A stretch of 64,000 nucleotides of DNA from NCBI GenBank assembly GCA_034430095.1, contig DAOUFK010000002.1, forward strand, positions 7,617-71,616, given 5' to 3'. The stretch comes from Candidatus Mesolinea sp. (GTDB lineage: Bacteria > Chloroflexota > Anaerolineae > Anaerolineales > Anaerolineaceae). The notes below the pieces were generated by a model, which was not told where the DNA came from, searched no databases, and worked only from the letters and a program-made list of their open reading frames with translations. A program made the position numbers and the translations under genes. Positions 58,379 through 64,000 of the stretch are shown here, piece after piece (position 1 is the stretch's first letter; every line of letters begins with the position of its first letter).

Positions 58379-59124
58379 GTTTCTTCCTCGAAGACCACAA
58401 GAGCCTCTGCTGGGTTGTTGCAAAAAACGCCATCCACGCCGTATGCACGCATGCGCAGGAGATCTTCGGGCGCGTCGACGGTATAGGTGTTCACTTGTTT
58501 GTGACTGGCGTGCAGGCGTGCAACCATCTCTGCGCTAACATCTGTATAGTATGGATGTAAAGCGTCATAAGGGAAAATCTTGCCCAAATTGCCTTGCATG
58601 CGGCGGTTGCCCGGGTTAGTGAGCAGACCAAGCTTGATATGCGGGTTTTGCATGTGCGCTCGGCTAAGGTTGAGCGGGTTAAAAGAAGAAAGCAGTACTG
58701 AATCTTCTAAATGGAATTTTTCCGTTAGGCGGATAACGTGCGAGGTCAGTGCGTCCAGTGGATGGGCATAGTTTTTGAGCTCGACGTTGATACGCAGTTT
58801 GCCGCCCAAGGCTTCGTAAACCTCCGCCAAGGTAGGTAACTTTTCACCGCGAAACGCTTCTCCAAAATAACTGCCGGCGTCCAGCTCGCGCAAAGCCGCT
58901 AAGGGCATTTCTGACACCTTGCCATGACCATTTGTGGTTCGGTCCACAGTGTCATCGTGGATTACGACGAGCTGCTTATCGGCGGTGAGCATCACGTCTA
59001 GCTCGATGCCGTCAGCACCAAGGCGCCGAGCTAATAAAAAGGCTGCTAGCGTATTTTCGGGCGCTAAAGCACTAGCCCCCCTGTGGGCGTAAATCAGGGG
59101 TCTGGATCTGTTCTCCTCTTCCAT
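58375..59124 (-). CDS. glycerophosphodiester phosphodiesterase
   Basis: GDPD motifs IYAHRGASALAPENT, GIELDV and IHDDTVDRTTNG. Confidence 0.85.
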   Translation of the reverse strand: MEEENRSRPLIYAHRGASALAPENTLAAFLLARRLGADGIELDVMLTADKQLVVIHDDTVDRTTNGHGKVSEMPLAALRELDAGSYFGEAFRGEKLPTLAEVYEALGGKLRINVELKNYAHPLDALTSHVIRLTEKFHLEDSVLLSSFNPLNLSRAHMQNPHIKLGLLTNPGNRRMQGNLGKIFPYDALHPYYTDVSAEMVARLHASHKQVNTYTVDAPEDLLRMRAYGVDGVFCNNPAEALVVFEEET

Positions 59125-59196
59125 TGCGCTAATTATAGCATCGCTGGTTCCAGAAAAACTTTGTTAAGATATAAGCAGCGGTCTGGCATCCGCATT

Positions 59197-59268
59197 GTTC
59201 TCGCCGGTCTCCTGAGTGCTTAGCCTGCCCATAGGGTACCGTGCGAATGGTTTTTACCGTAGGTCTCC
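59197..59268 (+). repeat. dispersed ~70-nt intergenic repeat, full copy
   Basis: The sequence is gttctcgccggtctcctgagtgcttagcctgcccatagggtaccgtgcgaatggtttttaccgtaggtctcc. It is bracketed by a 24-nt direct duplication. Confidence 0.65.
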
Positions 59269-59626
59269 ATATACATTTGGCATGGTCAGAGAGCATACTA
59301 AACCAAGATGTTAAAATATAAGCAGCGGTCTGTCGCCGGCCGCTGCTTATATTTGGAGGAGAAAGACAAATATTTGTGTACTAGAGTTGCCAATTCTGCA
59401 TCACATCATCAATCTGCTGGTGGGGGTTGAAGCGGGTTGTGTTGCGTTTCAATGGCTTACCTCTTGCAGATTGACCATAGTATAGCGCTAAAAGCTGTGT
59501 AAATGCTTAATGAATCCTTTGAAATACCTGTGAAGCGCTTCCTCTCAGCTTTTTCACAGCGATTAGGGTTATAGTGTGATATATAAGCAGTAAAATCAAT
59601 TGTTTGGAATATTGAGGAAGAAGAAA

Positions 59627-60304
59627 ATGCCGAAGGTCTTGGTTGTTGATGACGATATAAAACTGCTAAAGATGCTAAAGCGCACACTGGTATTTGAGAA
59701 CTTAGACGTATTGACGGCAACAAACGGCCGTGAAGCCCTCGAAGTAGTGCAGCAAGAAACCCCAGATTTGCTCATCGTGGATTGGATGATGCCGGAAATG
59801 GATGGCTTGGAGCTTATTCAACATTTGCGCGACGCCAATAACCGCATGCCCATTCTGATGCTCACTGCGCGGGATGCAGTCGAAAACCGTGTGTTTGGGC
59901 TGGAGTCTGGCGCTGATGACTACTTGGTCAAGCCCTTTGCGCCGGCGGAGCTGGTGGCACGTGTGCATGCCCTCCTGCGCCGTGTGGAACCTAAAGCCGA
60001 TGATCAAGAGGTGCAATATAATGATGTGCGCTTGGATCCGAAGCAGCATGAAGCGTGGCGGGGCGACCGCAAGCTTTCGCTGACTGTTACAGAGTTTAAT
60101 CTGCTGTATTACTTTTTGCGTCATCCGAGGCAGGTGCTCGAGCGTAATCAGATCCTCATGGAAGTGTGGGGTTATGACTTTGGTGGCGATAGCAACGTTT
60201 TGGAGATTTATATTAGCTACTTGCGTAAAAAGTTAGAAGCAGAGAATGAACCCCGCCTGATCCAAACGGTGCGGGGGATTGGCTATATGCTGCGCGAGGA
60301 ATAA
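59627..60304 (+). CDS. OmpR-family response regulator
   Basis: Receiver motifs VLVVDDD, DLLIVDWMMP and LTAR, followed by a trans_reg_C domain (LTVTEFNLLYYF...VRGIGY). The start is ATG 59627. Confidence 0.9.
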   Translation: MPKVLVVDDDIKLLKMLKRTLVFENLDVLTATNGREALEVVQQETPDLLIVDWMMPEMDGLELIQHLRDANNRMPILMLTARDAVENRVFGLESGADDYLVKPFAPAELVARVHALLRRVEPKADDQEVQYNDVRLDPKQHEAWRGDRKLSLTVTEFNLLYYFLRHPRQVLERNQILMEVWGYDFGGDSNVLEIYISYLRKKLEAENEPRLIQTVRGIGYMLREE

Positions 60305-61752
60305 TGTCCATCCGCGTGCGCTTTACTTTAGTTTACAACCTCATTTTGTTAGCAACGCTCACCGTCTTTAGCGTGGCGCTCTACAATATTCAGGCAATTA
60401 ATACTCTTCGAACACTGAAAAGTGCTCTGACGAAGAGCAGCGATGAGGTGGCAATTAACCTTATTCCACTTGTGCTGCTTTATCCGCCTTCGCTTGGTCC
60501 TAATTTGCAAGAAAGTGATCCACGCTTATTTGAGAATCTTTCTAATGCCTTAGAAATCAAGAGCTTGAGAGAGCGGGAGATCGTGCGCGTGTTAGATGCA
60601 TCTGGGAATCTGGTTGCCGCACCTTTTGGATTAGCAGACGAAGGCTTACCCATCAGCAAAGAGGGTATGGAGCAATTACAGAATGGTAATGCTTGGTGGG
60701 AGACTACTAACGCCGGTGTGAATTTGCTTGTGCTCAACCGACCCATCATTGTGGATAACCAACTTTATATGATTTTGCAGGTAGCACGTCCGCTCACCGA
60801 GCGCGAACAAAGCTTGCACGCCTTACGCAATACCCTTATCACGGCGGATCTAGTAGTTTTAGTGCTTGCTTCGATCATCGGCTGGGTGCTCTCTGGTTAT
60901 GTTCTGCGCCCAATCAAACGTATTACCCAGACAGCGCAGCAAATCGGTAACGAACAAGACTTTTCCCGACGGGTGGACTATAACGGTCCTAATGACGAAG
61001 TGGGTCAATTGGCGAAGACTTTCAACACCATGCTCGAGCAATTAGAAGAAGCCTACCAAAAGGTCTCCGGCGCATTGGAAATGCAGCGCGATTTTCTCGC
61101 GGATGTTTCGCACGAACTGCGCACTCCGCTCACTACCTTGCGGGGTAACCTGGGTTTGTTACGGCATGAACCGCCAATCCCGGAAGATGAAGCTGCAGAT
61201 ATCCTCAATGATATGGTTGATGAAACTGACCGCATGATCCGTTTAGTCAACGAGCTATTAGAGCAGGCTCGGGCAGATTCGACTAAAAACATGCTCTTGG
61301 AGCCGGTGAATCTTAAAGTACTGCTCCAAGACGTCGTGCGGCAGGCAAAGCTGCTGAGCGAAGATCGACAAATTAGCCTTGATATTCCTGACGATTTAAG
61401 CGTGATGGCAACCAAAGATTCTTTAAAGCAAGTAATGCTTATATTAGTTGATAACGCTATCAAGCATTCCCAGCGTGATATTGTGCTCGAAGCGCAGCGG
61501 GTGGACGATGAAGTGGAAATTCGGGTCATCGATTATGGTAAAGGTTTATCACCTGAAGAATTAACTCACGTTTTCGAGCGTTTTTACCGTGCTGATCGGC
61601 TCAGCGGCAACGGTTTTGGTTTGGGGCTTTCTATTGCTAAAGGCTTGGTGGAAAACATGAATGGGCGAATTAGTATGGCGAGCATTGTAGGAGTAGGCAC
61701 CACGGTTATGCTTAGGTTCAAGGCAGCCGGGCGCGAGGGAGAAGCGGCTTAA
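60304..61752 (+). CDS. sensor histidine kinase (2 TM, HAMP, HisKA, HATPase_c)
   Basis: H-box FLADVSHELRTPLT, N-box LVDNAIKHS, G-boxes IDYGKG and GFGLGLSI. It overlaps the response regulator stop codon. Confidence 0.9.
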   Translation: MSIRVRFTLVYNLILLATLTVFSVALYNIQAINTLRTLKSALTKSSDEVAINLIPLVLLYPPSLGPNLQESDPRLFENLSNALEIKSLREREIVRVLDASGNLVAAPFGLADEGLPISKEGMEQLQNGNAWWETTNAGVNLLVLNRPIIVDNQLYMILQVARPLTEREQSLHALRNTLITADLVVLVLASIIGWVLSGYVLRPIKRITQTAQQIGNEQDFSRRVDYNGPNDEVGQLAKTFNTMLEQLEEAYQKVSGALEMQRDFLADVSHELRTPLTTLRGNLGLLRHEPPIPEDEAADILNDMVDETDRMIRLVNELLEQARADSTKNMLLEPVNLKVLLQDVVRQAKLLSEDRQISLDIPDDLSVMATKDSLKQVMLILVDNAIKHSQRDIVLEAQRVDDEVEIRVIDYGKGLSPEELTHVFERFYRADRLSGNGFGLGLSIAKGLVENMNGRISMASIVGVGTTVMLRFKAAGREGEAA

Positions 61753-61850
61753 TCCTCTTGAAAAGCCGCCTTTGCGCATAGTATCTGCCCCTCATGATAA
61801 AATACCCCATGAACTAATCTCACCTTAGACACATGGAGTAGGAGGTTACA

Positions 61851-63191
61851 ATGGCTAAGATTACGCATGTGATTAAGCGCAATGGTGCGGTTGTGCCTTT
61901 CACCCCGGAGCGCATCACCAATGCCATTTACCGTGCGGCTGTGGCTGTGGGCGGACGCGACCGGAAAACTGCTGAAGAACTATCGCGCCAGGTGGTAGCG
62001 CTGCTTGAGGAAACTACCCCAGAAGGCGTGTACCCCAACATCGAGCAGATTCAAGATTTGGTCGAGAAAGTACTCATCGAAAATGGGCATGCCAAAGTGG
62101 CGAAGGCTTATATTCTCTACCGTGATGAGCGCGCCCGTCAGCGTGAAAAGCGCCTTGAACCGGGTCAAGGTCCTTCTGCCAATATCCCTTGGGCAAAACT
62201 GTGGAGCGTCTTAGATTGGGCTTGCAGCCACGAGGTGCACACGGTCAAACTCCTCAACGAGCATATACGTCAAGACAGGCTGAACGAAATTGTCACGGCA
62301 GCGGAGGCAGCCTACCATGAAGACGTTGAGAATGCTGCTAATTTGATCCTTGGACGGCATGGCGAGGTGCGTTTGGTGTTTATTGCTGGACCTTCCTCCA
62401 GTGGTAAGACGACGACGACTATTAAGCTCGGCGAGCACTTAGCAAAATCCGGCTTGCGCTTGGTCACTTTGAACGTGGATAATTACTTCCATGATTTAGA
62501 GATGCACCCCAAAGACGAATTTGGGGATTATGACTTTGAAACCCCGCAAGCACTTGATTTACCCCTGATCAATCAGCACTTAACCGCATTGCTGGATGGA
62601 CAGGAAGTTCAGCTTCCATACTACGACTTTAAGACCGGCAAACGAAGTGAGAAAACAACCCCAATGAAGCTGGAAAGCAATGAGATTATCCTAATCGACA
62701 GCCTGCACGGGCTATACCCTGAGATGACCAGTTCTGTGCCGGAAGAGATGAAGTTCAAGCTCTACATCGAACCATTGCTGCAGCTCAAGGATAATGAAGG
62801 ACGTTATGTACGCTGGACCGACATCCGCCTGATGCGGCGTATGCTGCGCGACGCAGTGCATCGCGCTTATGACCCCACCCAGACCTTGCTGCATTGGCAT
62901 TATGTACGCACCAGTGAGCTGCGCAACATCATCCCGTATGTGAATACAGTCGATACGATTATCAATAGCGCCATGCCTTACGAACTCCCGCTCTATAAGG
63001 CTAAGTTGGGGAATGAATTTGTCCGCTGGGCTGAAGAATACAAAGATGATCCGCTCCATCAGGATGCCTACGAGCGTGCGGAACGCGTGCATCAGCTTTT
63101 CGAGGAGATCGACGCTGTCGAGGATGACAGCATCGTGCCAGAAAACTCCGTGATCCGTGAATTTATCGGTGGGGGGATTTATAGGTATTAA
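61851..63191 (+). CDS. ATP-cone domain fused to a uridine-kinase/PRK-like P-loop kinase domain
   Basis: The N-terminal part, VIKRNGAVVPFTPERITNAIYRAA, is an ATP-cone pattern. The P-loop IAGPSSSGKTTT sits around aa 180. Confidence 0.7.
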   Translation: MAKITHVIKRNGAVVPFTPERITNAIYRAAVAVGGRDRKTAEELSRQVVALLEETTPEGVYPNIEQIQDLVEKVLIENGHAKVAKAYILYRDERARQREKRLEPGQGPSANIPWAKLWSVLDWACSHEVHTVKLLNEHIRQDRLNEIVTAAEAAYHEDVENAANLILGRHGEVRLVFIAGPSSSGKTTTTIKLGEHLAKSGLRLVTLNVDNYFHDLEMHPKDEFGDYDFETPQALDLPLINQHLTALLDGQEVQLPYYDFKTGKRSEKTTPMKLESNEIILIDSLHGLYPEMTSSVPEEMKFKLYIEPLLQLKDNEGRYVRWTDIRLMRRMLRDAVHRAYDPTQTLLHWHYVRTSELRNIIPYVNTVDTIINSAMPYELPLYKAKLGNEFVRWAEEYKDDPLHQDAYERAERVHQLFEEIDAVEDDSIVPENSVIREFIGGGIYRY

Positions 63192-63214
63192 TTTTTAGCG
63201 CAGACAAAAAAGAA

Positions 63215-63246
63215 AAAACAGCGAAAGGGGATTCTTTTGCTGTTTT
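63215..63246. terminator. bidirectional hairpin between convergent genes
   Basis: A-run, stem cagcgaaag / cttttgctg (one G.U pair), a 6-nt loop, then a T-run. Confidence 0.5.
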
Positions 63247-63255
63247 AGCTTTGAA

Positions 63256-63927
63256 TTACGGGGGGCAAGGCGCCGAGTAACCCTCAAAGTGCCCGCCATA
63301 AGGAATGTTATCCATGGAGTAGAGGTAGTTTCCTTGCTTATCGTAACAGGTGTAAGCGTAATAGCAGCGACCGTCGTAAATGCGGAATTCTGCTTCGCAA
63401 TCTACGGGGATGTATCTTGGATCAGTGCCGAACTCGGTGTAATAAACTTGCTTATAAACTTCCTGTGTGAGGGCTTCATCCGCATAAAAGGTAAATTCCA
63501 TATAAGACTGATCCCATTCCGTAAAATCGCTCAGGCATTCCATATGATAGGGATAAGTGGGATCAGGGTCGCAGACAATTTCGTGTGTACCTTCTACTAA
63601 GCCGTACACTCTATCTGGAACGCGGGAATTCAGGAAATAAAAGTGCGTCTGATCACCGTCGATCCAACCCTTATAATAATTGAATTTTTCTGAAAACCCT
63701 GGAAAGGGGATGAGGGTGAAGGTTGGCGTCGGCGAAGGCGTATCAGTGGGAACTAAAGTTGGGGTACTCGTGCTTGTGCTGGTCGGTGTAGAAGTGGGAG
63801 TGGAAGTTGCTGCCGCCGTAGGCAGCAAGGTGGGTGTAGCCGTGGGCAGCGCGGTCGATTGTGTGGCACAGCCGGCTAAAAGGTCGGCAGTAAAGAAGAT
63901 TAAGATTAGGCGTTGGAATTTCATCAT
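63256..63927 (-). CDS. lipoprotein with Thr/Pro-rich linker and Cys/Tyr-rich C-terminal domain, unknown function
   Basis: Lipobox LLAGC and a TSTPTSTPTSTSTSTPT linker. I do not recognise the globular domain. Confidence 0.55.
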   Translation of the reverse strand: MMKFQRLILIFFTADLLAGCATQSTALPTATPTLLPTAAATSTPTSTPTSTSTSTPTLVPTDTPSPTPTFTLIPFPGFSEKFNYYKGWIDGDQTHFYFLNSRVPDRVYGLVEGTHEIVCDPDPTYPYHMECLSDFTEWDQSYMEFTFYADEALTQEVYKQVYYTEFGTDPRYIPVDCEAEFRIYDGRCYYAYTCYDKQGNYLYSMDNIPYGGHFEGYSAPCPP

Positions 63928-64000
63928 ATTCTCGAAAATTTGCTAATTTTATCAAAGGAGTAAGCGTGCTTCTCCTTTAATTGCAAGGAACAGTGTAACC

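Noticed and set aside
59457-59723. 88-aa minus-strand ORF upstream of and overlapping the response regulator
   Set aside because: It overlaps the well-supported response regulator start and its promoter region. It has no motifs.

Overview
This is a 64-kb bacterial chromosomal segment with a moderately GC-rich backbone. All homology calls were made by eye from motifs; no database search was possible. The gene content loosely suggests a Chloroflexota/Anaerolineae-like organism: Pro/Thr-rich linker lipoproteins, Hanks kinase plus FHA signalling, and class II HMG-CoA reductase with archaeal-type HMG-CoA synthase/thiolase. That taxonomic guess is inference only.

I support about 55 CDS, 3 tRNAs (Glu-CTC and two identical initiator Met-CAT genes), one SRP RNA, several hairpin terminators and a roughly 70-nt dispersed intergenic repeat family. 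Housekeeping genes include psuG, recJ, rarA and trxB. Other backbone genes are a ChvE/GguAB-type sugar ABC transporter, a CoA-transferase/aldehyde dehydrogenase operon, upper mevalonate pathway genes, a ChlI/VWA chelatase-like pair and an OmpR/HK two-component system.

Three visibly AT-rich patches look like acquired DNA:
- 1079-3847: a STAND NB-ARC+TPR NTPase with an unknown N-terminal domain.
- About 9.4-14.2 kb: a DeoR-PTS(IIB/IIC/IIA)-split transketolase operon.
- 39.2-43.3 kb (the most interesting): a 4.07-kb insert bracketed by two perfect 88-bp copies of the whole initiator tRNA-Met gene. It carries no integrase and holds one 1197-aa gene. That gene combines an unrecognised ~590-aa N-terminal region, a RecD-like SF1 helicase core and a C-terminal PD-(D/E)xK-like nuclease module. 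It is my top candidate for an undescribed single-gene defence or conflict system.

Other notable points:
- A DsbA/FrnE-like gene has TGA exactly at the first Cys of its CxxC motif, followed by a hairpin (candidate selenoprotein).
- The HMG-CoA reductase has a conserved-looking N-terminus that lacks a canonical start codon.
- A lipoprotein gene has an in-frame TAA inside its signal peptide.
- A CrtI-like oxidoreductase is fused to a GltD-like Fe-S module.
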